Below, piece by piece: positions 13,516 to 26,522 of a stretch of 64,000 nucleotides of DNA. The first letter of the stretch is position 1; each line of letters starts with the position of its first letter. Origin of the DNA: Squalus acanthias (lineage: Eukaryota); the NCBI GenBank assembly GCA_030390025.1, contig CM059432.1, forward strand, positions 149,918,001-149,982,000, written 5' to 3'. The position numbers and the translations under genes are program-made. The notes below the pieces were generated by a model that had not been told where the DNA came from, ran no database searches, and saw only the letters and a list, made by a program, of their open reading frames with translations.

Positions 13516-14204
13516 ATTATGCCAGTAGTTTATGTGAGAGGTCTCCTGCTGTAACTTTGGCGGAATCCCTGGAGAAATGGCGTAAACAAGCTTTTATACC
13601 GTTCTTTCGGGGTTTCTGTTGAAGTTATGCGGGAGATCAGGGAATTACTGTGGAACCACTACCTCCTAACCAAGCCTGAGACCTCAGTGCGGCACTGAGT
13701 GAGTGCCATATTTGTCACAGTTTCTGTCTGTTCAGGTAGATATAAAAGTTTATAGGGCTTACCTGAAGAAGAGCAGTAAGACATTGTTAACCTTCCTCCC
13801 TTAACCAATGCCAACCTTGCTGTTTGCTATTGGTTGCCACCTCTGCCTACAAGAATTTATTGGCACTGCAGCTCTTTGAGATGCCCTAATTGATAAAGTG
13901 CTGTATAACTGCAGGTTCTTTTTTTCTATCACTCCCCTGCGATCCTTAGCTTAAACTAATGAAAAAATATACCTCTTGGTATTTGAAACAATTTATAAAA
14001 CAATGCTTATAGGAATAAGAGTGTGATCTCTCACACTGGCACTTCTGAAAATCTCTACCTCACACAAGTGCTTAAAATACTTTCATTCCTGCAGGAAGTA
14101 TTATTAATACATATAATATACCAACTAGTTGTTGCTCAAGGAATATTTTGACCATTGTTGGAAAATCTGGCATAGCAATCACTCTGCATGTAGATAGATT
14201 GCTG

Positions 14205-14707
14205 GGCTGATCTTATTGAAACATATAAGATTGTGAAGGGGCTTGATCGGGTGGATGCGGTAAGGATGTTCCCAAGGATGGGTGAAACTAGAACTAGGGG
14301 GCATAATCTTGGAATAAGGGGCTGCTCTTTCAAAACTGAGATGAGGAGAAACTTCTTCACTCAGAGGGTAGTGGGTCTGTGGAATTTGCTGCCCCAGGAA
14401 GCTGTGGAAGCTATATCATTAAATAAATTTAAAACAGAGATAGACAGTTTCCTAGAAGTAAAGGGAATTAGGGGTTACGGGGAGCGGGCAGGAAATTGGA
14501 CATGAGGCTGAGTTCGGATCGGTCAAGGCCCTGTGGGTGGCGGAGCGGGCCCAGGGGCTGAGTTGCCGGGTCCTGCTCCTACTTCTTGTGTTCTTTAGAT
14601 TTGAGGTTAGGATCAGATCAGCCATGATCTTATTGAATGGCGGAGCAGGCTCGAGGGGCCGATTGGCCTACTCCTGCTCCTATTTCTTATGTTCTTATGT
14701 TCTTATG
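14205..14707 (+). mobile_element. CR1 3' end with duplicated 3' UTR module
   Basis: DLIETYKIVKGLDRVD...FFTQRVVGLWN; two tandem tail modules; (TTCTTATG)n. Confidence 0.9.
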
Positions 14708-15388
14708 ACTATTCACTTAGATAGGTAAAGATCATGTGGGGCATTTAGAGATAAGCAACTCGCCGTTAAACAATCTGACTCAATAGAGGAGTTTTTATTG
14801 GGAGTGGGATTCGATTGGGCAGGATTGGGTCGACTGCCAAACACGCCTATCCTCAGCACGTGAGGCTCAGGCGATTTTGACTCCCAGGCCTTGTCTACGT
14901 GCTGCTAGTGGGCGACAGCGGAAGTTCAGGCATCAGGAGGCCACCGGTCAGCCCCAAAGGAAGCCTCGGCAGCAAGGCTAGTCACAGAGTGAGGATCACA
15001 GGAGGGTCTCGCGGGTGGGAAGGAGGTGCCTAGGGGAAAGGGAGGTGTAAACTTTCCGTATGGGGCTCAGAGGAGCATTCCTGCTCCTCCCGGATCCACG
15101 AGCAAAATAATAAAACGTACTTTCAGTGGCCTCTTCTGGTCCCGGATCCTCTTCCTGCTGTTTTCGTCTGGCGGGAAAGCCGCAGCGACTTTCTCAGGCG
15201 ACAGTTAGAATTACAGTCGGGCCGTGATGACCGGACCCCAATCTGCATATTTCAGGAAGGACCCTGCCAGTTTCAAGCGGGTGCCTTTGCCACCAGCTCA
15301 TGAGCAGGGTAAAATAGTAGACGGCTGGATCTAGGCGGGACATCGGCGGGCAAGTCACCCGGCTGATCACGTCTCTGTTTTTTTGGGA

Positions 15389-15778
15389 TAAGAACATAAG
15401 AACATAAGAAATAGGAGCAGGAGTAGGCCAATCGGCCCCTCGAGCCTGCTCCGCCATTCAATAAGATCATGGCTGATCTGATCCTAACCTCAAATCTAAA
15501 GAACACAAGAAGTAGGAGCAGGACCCGGCCACTCAGCCCCTGGGCCCGCTCCGCCACCCACAGGGCCATGACCGATCCGAACTCAGCCTCATGTCCAATT
15601 TCCTGCCCGCTCCCCGTAACCCCTAATTCCCTTTACTTCTAGGAAACTGTCTATCTCTGTTTTAAATTTATTTAATGATGTAGCTTCCACAGCTTCCTGC
15701 GGCAGCAAATTCCACAGACCCACTACCCTCTGAGTGAAGAAGTTTCTCCTCATCTCAGTTTTGAAAGAGCAGCCCCAA
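15389..15778 (-). mobile_element. CR1 3' end, same family as 14205-14707, inverted
   Basis: Near-identical reverse complement of about 14322-14707. Confidence 0.9.
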
Positions 15779-17610
15779 ATTAGCACAAATTGTGCACAAA
15801 TTAGCTGTCACTTCAGAAGTGACGCAATAGCTGTGATGTGCTTGGGGATATTCTGAGGATGCGACAAGGCGCTAGAAAAATGCAAGTTTGCCCTGGGTTG
15901 TTGCTGGAATGTGAGCCTGTGAGTTCTGTTAATATTCCTTTAATGGCAAGCTTCAGCAAATGATAATCTGGGTACGTTTAAAAGGATGTAAGATGATTAA
16001 TGGATAAATCATCAACCCTGATTAAAAATTGAAGTGTAATTACACCAGCGCATCAAGCCCCTTCTGTTGCTTTTGTTATTTCTGCATCTGACCTCTAAAT
16101 ATCCTCAGCTTATCAAACAACAAAGTCATCAAGCATTTGGACATTGTCACACAAAGGGCCATGAACCCACTTTTCACCTGTGTGTTATCTATGAATCCAT
16201 TGGTAACAGCAGCACGGGTGCAGGTTTGGAATTGGTAGATCTTGTTTTAAGTTTAAAGGGGCTGATTTCCTCCAGCCTCCCCCCTCCTCCCTCCCCCACT
16301 CTTGCCCGATGGTCAGCGGGCACAGCACACCCGAGAGGTGCTGCATCTGCAACGACCCGAACCCAAACATCATTCCAGTTCCGGCTCCTTATCATGCCCT
16401 CGACAAACCCCCCGGCAGCTCCGCCACCCGCAGAGGTAATGGCCGCCGGCTGTGGGGCCTTCTGACTGCTGACCAAAGAACAGCAGCCAGGAACCCACCG
16501 GGTCCAAAGAACCCATTGAAAGACTTGCTAAAAGAAGAGCTCACCTGCTGATGGGCTCCCCCATGTGGCCCCCAGGCCGGCGGCACAAGGCACAAGGCCT
16601 ATTTTTTCTGGATGACCCTCCAAAATGGGCGCCCGCCTGGTGGTCACGAGGGAAGGCTAGTAATGCCTTTCCTGCCTCATTAACAAGATTACATTCTCAT
16701 CTGGGCATTGCCCCCTCACCCAGGGAAAATCCAGGAGCTGCCAGGGCAATAGAAAAGGGTTGGAGGTTTCTGCCCCCTTTATCTCGCCTACGAAAATCTC
16801 CTCCATACTTTCACTGAGGAACCAAGGAGGGAGATAACAGGTATTCAAAGGCTGAGAAATTGTAGGAGGGAGGTAAGGTGTGCCTGGGAAAGAATGAGTC
16901 AGTGCAATGAGTCTCTATTTCGATGCAGTGAGAAAGAATCTGCAGGGCAGCAAATTTACAGTTTCGCAGCAGCCAGAGAGTTCAGAGGAACAGTGGCTAC
17001 AATAACATCAATGAAATAAAAAGAGGCAAAAAAGATTGGAAAGTAGAGGTGAGAGCATTACCTCGCTAAGTTCAAAAGATACTTGCAGGGAAGGTAATTC
17101 ATCCATCTAGAACAACCCTAGATTCCCCCAATCACATCTAGTTGTTTCTTAAATAATTCCAGGGTTTTTCTCTCCACTACTCTGCCCAGATGTCCATCCC
17201 AAGTGTGTGAAGAACAGCCCCATAATATCAGTCCTAAATTTGGCTTTTACTAATTTGAACCGGTGACCCTTGTCCTACCTCCTCGCTGGTCTCTCTCAAA
17301 ACTCTGGGATAAGTAACAACTAACCCTGGGGATTTATTTGTTTTGAGCCCTTTCAGTTTGACTAGGACTTCCAACTCATTTATATAGAAGCCCTGAATTT
17401 TGCCTTGATAGTCTTTTATTGGGGAAGGCATGTTGTTCACGGGATTCAATTTGCACACAGCACGTTCCCACAAACAGTTGTTGGTGGAGGGATAAATATT
17501 ACCCACAACACAGGGAGAATTCCACTGTACTTCTTCAAATAGTGCGATTGGATCTTTTATGTCTACCTGAGAGAGCAAACAGAGCCTTAGTTTAATGTCT
17601 CATCTAAAAG

Positions 17611-17850
17611 AGAGAAGTCGCACAACACCAGGTTATAGTCCAACAGCTTTATTTGAAATCACAAGCTTTCGGAGCGCTGCTCCTTCGTCAGGTGAAGTGA
17701 AGAAATACAAATGGGCACAGCATATATAGACAGAGAACAATGCCTGTGCAGAGAACAATGCCAGACGACTACAGTTAATCTTTCTAACTGCCCTTTACCA
17801 CACCTCGGCAGAGAGACAATCACGGTCAAAGACTATCAAGGTAAAAGAGG
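17611..17850 (-). mobile_element. Penelope-like pseudo-LTR fragment
   Basis: Colinear with 31280-31495. Confidence 0.8.
17659..17695 (-). ncRNA. Minimal hammerhead ribozyme motif (variant A)
   Basis: TCAC-CTGACGA-A-GGAGC-AGC-GCTCC-GAAA-GC-TT-GTGA. Confidence 0.8.
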
Positions 17851-17854
17851 GTGA

Positions 17855-18525
17855 CCTAGAAATTCGGTTGTGTAGCGCCAGTTGTTTGGGCGCTATGAGT
17901 GCCGAATTGGGGCCAAAATGGTGCCCGGGCAGCGCACGCACACTTCTGATGCGGGCTGCGCCGGAAGCCATCTTGGTCAGAGCAGTAGGGCGGCCGTTGG
18001 GGGCGTGCGTGAGCGGTATGGTAAGGCAGATCATTACGTCAATCAATGTGCAACGCTGATTTGATGCCAGCGCTGCCATTTTCATTGTCATCTTTTGAAT
18101 TCAAGGATTCTGGTCAGGAGAGGGAGAAGTGCTATTACTAACCAAGGCTCTTCTAATAGCAAATCTCTTATCATAACCTGAGCCCGGAGCAGTGTCTGAG
18201 GTGTCTGCGATTTACAAAGGAGGTGGTCACAGAACTCTGCCACGTCTTGCAACCAGACCTGCAGCCTCACTCCAGGGCAAGGACAGCGCTGCCAGTGTTT
18301 GTGAAGGTGATTGTGGCCCTGAATTTCTTCACGCGGGAACCTTTCAGGCTGAAGCAGGCAACATTTGTAACATTTTGCAGTTTGCTGTCCACTGCTGCAT
18401 AACAGAGGAGACAGAAGATCTTTATGCCAGGAGAGGGGACTTCATTGCCGTCTCTCTGACCAGAGAGAAGCAGGCGGAGCGTGCATGTGGCTTTGCCAGG
18501 ATAGCGGACTTCCCCACCGTGCAGG
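17855..18525 (+). mobile_element. PIF/Harbinger transposon left end and transposase fragment
   Basis: CpG-rich terminus; RFTKEVVTELC...AGNICNILQFAVHCCI...GFARIADFPTVQG is homologous to 33050-33395. Confidence 0.8.
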
Positions 18526-19975
18526 GGGAATTCCCTCCCTAACAGCACTGTGGGAAAACCTTCACCACAAGGACTGCAGCGGTTCAAGAGGCGGCTTATT
18601 ACCTACCACCTTCTCAAAGGCAATTAGGGATGGGCAATAAATACTGGCCTTGCCAGCGACGCCCACATCCCCATAAACAAATAAAAAATAATCACACTCC
18701 TGCTTTGTGCCTTGCAGATAGTGGAAAGGCTTTGGGGAGTCAGGAGGTGAGTCACTCGCCGCAGAATACCCAGCCTCTGACCTCCTCTTGTAGCCACAGT
18801 ATTTATGTGCCTGGTCCAGTTAAATTTCTGGTCAATGGTGATCCCCAGGATTTTGATGGTGGGGGATTCGGTGATGGTAATCCCGTTGAATGTCAAGGGG
18901 CGATGGCTAGACTCTCCCTTGTTGGAGATGGTCATTGCCTGGCACTTGTGTGGCACAAATGTTACATGCCACTTATCAACCCATGCTCGAACGTTGTCCA
19001 GTTATTGCTACATGCGGGCACAGACTGCTTCATTATCTGAGGAGTTGCGAATGGAACTCAACACTGTGCAATCATCAGCGAACAACCCCACTTCTGACCT
19101 TATGATGGAGGGATGGTTATTGATGAAGCAGCTGAAGATGGTTGGGCCTAGGACACTGCCCTGAGGAACTCCAACAGCAATGTCCTGGGGCTGAGATGAT
19201 TGGCCTCCAACAACCACAACCATCTTCCTTTGTGCTAGGTATGACTTCAGCCGGTTTTCCCCCTGATTCCCATTGACTTCAGTTTTACTAGGGCTCCTTG
19301 ATGCCACACTCGGTCAAATGCTGCCTTGATATCAAGGGCAGTCACTCTCACCTCACCTCTGGAATTCAGCTCCTTTGTCCAAGGCTGTAATGAGCTCTGG
19401 AGCTGAGTGGTCTGGGCAGAACCAAAACTGAGCATTAGTGAGTAGGTTATTGGTAAGTAAGTGCCACTTAATAGCACTGTCGATGACACCTTCCATCACC
19501 TTGCTGATGATTGAGAGTAGGCTGATGGGGTGGTAATTGGCCAGATTGGATTTGCCCTGCTTTTTGTGGACAGGACATACCTGGGCAGTTTTCCACTTTG
19601 TTGTGTAGCTGCCAGTGTTGTAGCTGTACTAGAACAGCTCGCCTAGAGGCGCGGTTAGTTCTGGAGCACAATTCTTCAGCACGACAGCCGGAATGTTGTC
19701 GGGGCCCATAGCCTTTGCTGTATCTCCAGTGCACTCAGTCGTTTCTTGATATCAAGTGGAGTGAATCGAATTGGCTGAAGACTGGCTTCTGTGATGGTGG
19801 GGACCTCAGGAGGATGCCAAGATGGATCATCTACTCGGTACTTCTGGCTGAAGATGGTTGCAAATGCTTCAGTCTTGTCTTTTGCACTTAACTGCTGTGC
19901 TTCACCATCAATAAGGATGGGGATATTCATGGAGCCTCCTCCTCCCATTAGTTGTTTAATTGACCACCACCATTT
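18526..19975 (-). mobile_element. Poly(A)-tailed CR1-group LINE (RT region) with an oppositely oriented 3' end at 18526-18690
   Basis: [25 protein letters not shown] and LFADD motifs; homologous to 40209-41930. Confidence 0.85.
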
Positions 19976-20104
19976 ATGATAATACTCTAGGGATGAAGTA
20001 TAAGGAAAGATGAGTGACTGAATATGGTGAGACATTTAATCACACTGCTGTCTAGTCTCAAGATCTTTCTTTATAATGATGGTCTTGTGTCAAGTAAAGT
20101 CAAT

Positions 20105-21160
20105 GGGCTAGAAATTCATTATAGCCCAGGAATGGGCGGTATCTTTAGAAAAGTTTGAGAATTAGCGCCAGGCGCTAATGCTTTAGACTGCACACAAAAT
20201 TCATTCTCACTGCTCAAAGAAATGATTGGGGCGCTAAATCAAGTCTTAAAGGCCTGGCTCAGTGGCGTTACACTCAAAGGGTGGACCAATATCGGGTGCA
20301 GTCTAATCGTAACTCATCATTGCCACAGGCTTTTCCCAGTACTTAAAGGGGAGGTTCATTGATCCTGCAGCACCTCATTCTCAGCATTGCCGGCTGTGCA
20401 GCTGCCTCAGCAAGGAGAAGCACGACAAGGAGGAGGAGCCGAAGGACTGAAGCAGGTGTGCTCATGGCAGATCCACCTCAGTCGGGTGGTCAGGGTGATT
20501 GAATGCTTCAACAAGCGCTACATACCACCATCTGTACCACAAGCTTCACACACTGCCCAAAGCACCAGACCCCCAGCGCTCACCCACCAACAATCTCTAC
20601 CTACCAACACTCACACCCACATCTCACACCTTGCACACAATGACAGCTATTCAACTATGGCAGGCACATGGGTCATTAGTTATTAGAATGAATGTGATGT
20701 GTGTGATACGTTTTTGCAAAAATGTATTAATGGAGTTTGAAATATTTTGTGGTCTCTCTTGTTTCACCTTTGTGCCCAGGAGGACGCTGTGATAGGGCAT
20801 GACACAGGGATGGTACGATGGGCATGTGGTGAGCAAAAGGGATCTGGGGTTAAAGTCATCCTGGTGAGAGCCCTGATGTCTCTCCTCATCCCGCTGCGCA
20901 CATGTTCCCGTATTTCTCGCTGCCTACGCTCCCTCCACCGTAGATCCTGCAGGGCGAGGTGGCACCAGTACAGCCCCCATTAATGTAACCAAGTGTAGCA
21001 GTTTGAATCTTTGAACAATGAATGGAGCCACTTTGCACTTGCCAGAACACTGCTGATAAAAAAGAACCTTGAAATTACTCGTGCAAGCTCAACCACAGAG
21101 ACCACTGAAACTAACCTGCGAGTGATTAATACGGATGCCTTTAAATAACGTCGCTGGAGC
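20105..21160. mobile_element. Internally deleted Harbinger-derived element
   Basis: Terminus gggctagaaattc resembles 17855 (acctagaaattc); residual Myb-like coding trace. Right boundary is uncertain. Confidence 0.5.
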
Positions 21161-21964
21161 CAGCATTCTGCAGCTGTGCGCCTCCTCTCCCTGTCGCTGT
21201 CGCTGTCGGAGCAGATCCAAGCAAATCTTCCCGAGGGACCCCTGTACCGGTGCTGTAGTAAGCCAAACATCCATTTATCACGATCCAACATTTGTGTCCT
21301 CTGAACAGGTTGACTGAGAATTTATTGAACTAGACAGCCCGAGAGTGGCACCAACATATACAGTTGCAATGCCACAACCCCTGAAGCTGGACTCTGACTG
21401 AATAACAGAACCTACTGCCGTTAATCCATCTCCCTCACACCGTCTGGCGCAGTAACCTTTCCATGTCAGTTTCCTCCATCCGACCATTTATGCAAAAGTA
21501 TTCTGAAGGTTCAAAAAAATTATATGATGGTGTTGTATTGCCTTTAATTGTTGGATTTTCCCGCACAAGCCCCATGCACCAATGACCTGGAGATTCAATG
21601 GGCTGGCTCCGCGCTGATTTTGAAACACAAATGCTGATAAAACAGGCAATTGATCTAAATGCGGATGTTGTCATAAATTGCAGGTGGCTGGCATGTAGCA
21701 GTAAGCAACTCATTTATTACAAGCAAACAACAACACAAATGGCTGTACCTTGTTTATAACAGATCAAAGCCTAACTCAAATCGACCACCCAAGGTAACTT
21801 TTTCTAAGATCCTTGGATGAAGAAAGACTTTCGGGCCATTTGATCTCACCCTTCCGCGATATCAACCTTATCACTTTCCCATTGCACCTCTTTGTTTCTT
21901 AAATAAATTCACTTTACAGCCTTCAGCCATACTTCCTGCTGTTAATCACCTTGGAAAAGAAATA

Positions 21965-22670
21965 GGAACATGGGGCATAGGAACAGGAGGAGGCCACTCA
22001 GCCCCTCGAGTCTGTTCTGCCATTGAATTAGATCATGGGTGATCTGTATCTTAACTCCATTTGCCCGCCTTGGTTCCATATCCCTTAATACCCTTACCCA
22101 ACAAAAATCTATCAATCTCAATTTAGAAATTTTCAATTGGCTTTTTGGAGGAGAGAGTTCCAGACTCCCACTACCCTTTGTGGGAAGAAGTGCTTCCTGA
22201 CATCACCCCTCAATGGCCTGGCTCTAATTTTAAGGTTATGCCCCCTTGTTTTGGACCCACCACAGGAAATAGTTTCTCTCTCTCTCTACCCTATCAAATC
22301 TTTTAATCATCTTAAGCACCTCAATTAGATCACCCGTTAATCTTCCATATTCAAGGGAACACAAGACCTGACCTGAAAATGTAACCCTTTTTAGCCCCGG
22401 TGTCATTCTGGTGAATCTGCGCTGCCCCCCTCCCAAGGCCAATACATCCTCCCTGAGGTGTGGTGCTCAGAACTGAATGCAGTTACTCCAGATGTGGTCT
22501 AACCGGAGGTTTATGCAACGATAACATGACTTCCCTTTCTATTCCAGCTCCCTTGAGATAAAGGCTAACAGTCCATTTGCTTTTTTAATTATTTTTTGTA
22601 CCTGTCGACTAGTTTTTAGTGATCGCTGTACATGGACCCCTAAATCTCTCTGCTCTTCCACAGTTTCTAG
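21965..22670 (-). mobile_element. Older CR1 3' fragment
   Basis: QRRFTRMTPGLK...GDLIEVLKMIKRFDRV; CR1 3' UTR at 21965-22060. Confidence 0.85.
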
Positions 22671-23190
22671 CTCCTGGAAATACCTCCTGATACCGATCTT
22701 AAATTTGCCCTTCACACTCCTGACCCTGTGCCCTCTTGCCCTGTTGCTCTAGCACATCTGAAAGTTGCCTTTTAGCTTTGTTTTCTCGATGCTGTTAAGT
22801 ATATTATAGAAGGTCCCCACGGAAACATCACTTTTCTAGCCCCAACTTATCAAGTTATGACTTGTATCTATTCCCTGATTGATAACGGATCTGTTGGAAA
22901 AGTTAGGCAGTCCCATCTTTAATTATTGCCTATACTACATGGAGAAAGAGAGAGAAAGAGGAAAAGATAAGGGGAAGAGTGAGACAGAGAGTGATAGAGA
23001 CAGTGAAAATGTACTTCAGAACCAACCAGTGAGAAAAAGGCAACAGAGAGTGAGGCTTGAACTGCACTGACGTTATGTCCAGTAGTTTGTCAATCAAAAT
23101 CTCCCCCCACAGCCTATCAAATATCTTCTTCACCCAGTCCCTTCTCCTCCATGGTGTGGCTTCCAAACCTTTCGATGGCTTATCTATGTT

Positions 23191-23344
23191 TCAGTCAGAA
23201 CTGGTGGAATTTGTCTGTTGTTTTCTGGAACTGGTTCCTTGACTTTGATCAACATCTATTTTCACAGCTTCAATTGAGACTGTTACGTTTGTGGATCGTT
23301 TGATCCTGATACTCCTTTGTTGGGTCGAGAGACTCAGAACATTC
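23191..23344 (-). CDS. Candidate terminal coding exon of an unidentified gene
   Basis: Acceptor ttttgcctacag followed by a 50-codon frame NVLSLSTQQRSIRIKRSTNVTVSIEAVKIDVDQSQGTSSRKQQTNSTSSD* in apparently unique DNA. No homology recognised. Confidence 0.2.
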
Positions 23345-24573
23345 CTGTAGGCAAAAGCCCACTCCCTATGACCCAGAGTCTGCCTTTACCTGACCAATAG
23401 CTCGGTAATTTGTAGCCTGCCCAGGGATCGAACAGAAAACCCTCGTTGCTATATTGCGGCTACTGGCAATATCACTTGTCCCCACGTCAGCTTCCTTAAC
23501 TTCAGAATAAATATTTCACTGGCTTAGGCTATAAATTGCCAGATTTGTTAATTAGTGAATAGTAAGTGAACAGAAGTAGTGACATACTGTAGATTTACTG
23601 TTGTTACCAGTTTAACTAGCCATCCCTCCTCAGAAGATAGAAATATAACAGTTGCATTTGCTGCACTAAACTGTGACATGAACTGGACTGGCAAAAGGAT
23701 GCCTGAATATTAATCTTTATATGGCAGTTCATGGCTTTCCATCAATGAAATTCCTCTCTGGCTTACTTGTCTCTTTCTGATGGCTTCAAGTGGACCATTC
23801 AATTTTAACAAGATAGACTGAGATATGTTTTACAAAAAATAATTAGGACAGAGTAAATCTAAACATTAAACTCAAAGAGGGTCATTTTGACTTTGTGCGA
23901 TAGTGTAAAACAGGAGATGGCAAATTGATAGCTCGTTTTACAGCTCTTCCCATTTTTATTTCCATTAAGGTCAATGGAAATGAGAATTGGAAGAGATGTC
24001 AAATAGGCTGCCGATTAGCTATCAGTCGTTTTATTGTTCAAATAAAAAGCTGGTATCAGTAAAAATGATCATGCAGCTCTCGGATTCTCATAAAAACCAA
24101 ACTGGTTCACTAATGTCCTGCAGGGAAGGAAACCTGCTGTCCTCACTTAACCGCCCTCTGAAGTGTCCGAGCAATCTATTCCGTTGTATCAGATGCTAAC
24201 AGCTGTCCAACAAGGGAGCCCACTAAGAACATAAGAAATAGGAGCAGGAGTCGGCCATTCGGCCCCTCGAGCCTGCTCCGCCATTCAATAAGATCATGGC
24301 TGATCTTCTACCTCATCTCCACTTTCCTGCACTATCCCCATATCCCTTGATTCCTTTAATATCCAAAAATTGATTGATCTCTGTCTTGAATATACTCAAA
24401 GACTGAGCCTCCACAGTCCTCTGGGGAAGAGAATTCCAAAGATTCACCACCCTCTGAGTGAAGAAATTTCTCCTCATCTCAGTCCTAAATGGCCAGCCCC
24501 TTATTCTGAGACTATGACCCTTGGTTCTAGACTCCCCAGCCAGGGGAAACATCCTCCCTGCATCTACCCTGTC

Positions 24574-25025
24574 AAACATAGAAACATAGAAACTAGGAGC
24601 AGGAGTAGGCCATTCGGCCCGTCGAGCCTGCTCCACCATTCAATACGATCATGGCTGATCATCCAAATCCAGTACCCTGTCCCTGCTTTCTCACACAGAA
24701 TCCCCATCGAGCCTGCACCGACACATATCCCACCCTATCCCCGTAACCCCACGCATTTAATTCACCCTAACATATCCCTTCCTATTCTATCCTATCCCCG
24801 TAACCCCACATATTTAATCCCGCCCTAACACTAAGGGTCAATTTATCATAGCCAAATCAACCTAACCCGCACATTTTTGGACTGTGGGAGGAAACCGGAG
24901 CACCCGGAGGAAACCCACGCAGACACAGGGAGAATGTGCAAACTCCACACAGACAGTCACCCGAGGCAGATTCGAACCCGGGTCTCTGGCGCTGTGAGGC
25001 ACCAGTGCTAACCACTATGCCACCG
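24574..25025 (-). mobile_element. HE1-type V-SINE with CR1-derived tail
   Basis: tRNA head ggtggcatagtggttagcac...gggttcgaatc; V-domain gtgtggagtttgcacattctcc..gcgtgggtttcctccgggtgctccggtttcctccca; CR1 tail (TTCTATGT)n. Confidence 0.9.
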
Positions 25026-25265
25026 TGTCCAGCCCTGTAAGAATTTTATATGTTTCAATGAGATCACCTCTCATTCTTCTAATCTCCAGGGAATATAGGC
25101 CGAGTCTACTCAATCTCTCCTCACAGGACAATCCCCCCATCCCAGGAACCAGTCTGGTGAACCTTCGTTGCACTCCCTCTGTGGCAAGTATATCCTTCCT
25201 TAGCTAAGGAAACCAAAACTGTACACAATACTCCAGGTGTGGTCTCACTACGGCCCTGTATAATT

Positions 25266-26522
25266 AGAATCATAGAATCATAGAAAGTTACAGCACGGAA
25301 GGAGGCCATTTCGACCCATCGTGTCCGTGCCGGCCAACAAAGAGCTATCCAGCCTAATCCCACTTCCCAGCTCTTGGTCCGTAGCCCTGCAGGTTACAGC
25401 ATCCCAAGTGCACATCCAAGTACTTTTTAAATGTGGTTAGGGTTCTGCCTCTACCACCCTTTCAGGCAGTGAGTTCCAGACCCCCACAACCCTCTGGGTG
25501 AAGAAATTTCCCCTCAAATCCCCTCTAAACCTTCCTGCAATTATTTTAAATCTGTGCCCCCTGGTTTTTGACCCCTCTACTAAGGGAAATAGATCCTTTC
25601 TATCCACTTTATCTATGCCCCTCATAATTTTATATACCTCAATAAGGTCTCCCCTCAGCCTCCTCTGTTCCAAGGAAAACAGACCTAGTCTATCCAGTCT
25701 TTCCTCATAGCTAGGATTCTCTACTCCCGACAACATCCTTGTAAATCTCCTCTGTACCCTCTCTAGTGCAATCACATCTTTCCTGTAATGTGGTGACCAG
25801 AACTGCACGCAGCACGCTAGCTGAGGCCTAACTAATGTTTTATACAATTCAAGCATAACCCCCCTGCTCTTGTATTCTATGCCACGGCTAATAAAGGCAA
25901 GCATTCCGTATGCCTTCTTAACCACCTTATCTACCTGGCCTGCTACCTTCAGGGATCTGTGGACATGCACTCCAAGGTTCTTTTGTTCCTCTACACTACT
26001 CAGTGTCCTACCATTTAATGTGTATTCCCTTTCCTTGTTAGCCCTCCCCAAATGCATTACCTCACATTTCTCTGGATTGAATTCCATTTGCCACTGTTCT
26101 GCCCAGCTGACCAATTTATTGATATCTTCCTGCAGTCTACAGCTTCCTTCTTCAGTATCAACCACACAGCCGATTTTAGTATCATCTGCAAACTTCTTAA
26201 TCATACCCCCTATATTCAAGTCAAGATCGTTGATATATACCACAAAAAGCAAGGGACCTAGTACTGAGCACTGCGGAATCCCACTGGAAACAGCCTTCCA
26301 GTCACAAAAACACCCATCAACCATTTCCCTCTGCTTCCTGTCTCCGAGCCAGTTTTGAATCCAACTTGACACTTTGCCCTGGATCCCATGGGCTTTTAAC
26401 TTCGTGACCAGTCAGCCATGTGGAACCTTATCAAAAGCCTTGCTAAAGTCCATATACACTACATCAAATACACTACCCTCATCTACCCTCCTTGTTACCT
26501 CCTCAAAAAATTCAATCAAGTT
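25266..26522 (-). mobile_element. Second CR1 family nested in the long CR1
   Basis: 311-aa ORF 25437-26372 with FADD; (ATTCTATG)n tail; host sequence taatt|gcagtaag rejoins across it. Confidence 0.95.

Noticed and set aside
24950..25025. tRNA genes here and at 5060-5142 and 10190-10265
   Set aside because: They are SINE heads continuous with SINE bodies; no complete cloverleaf.
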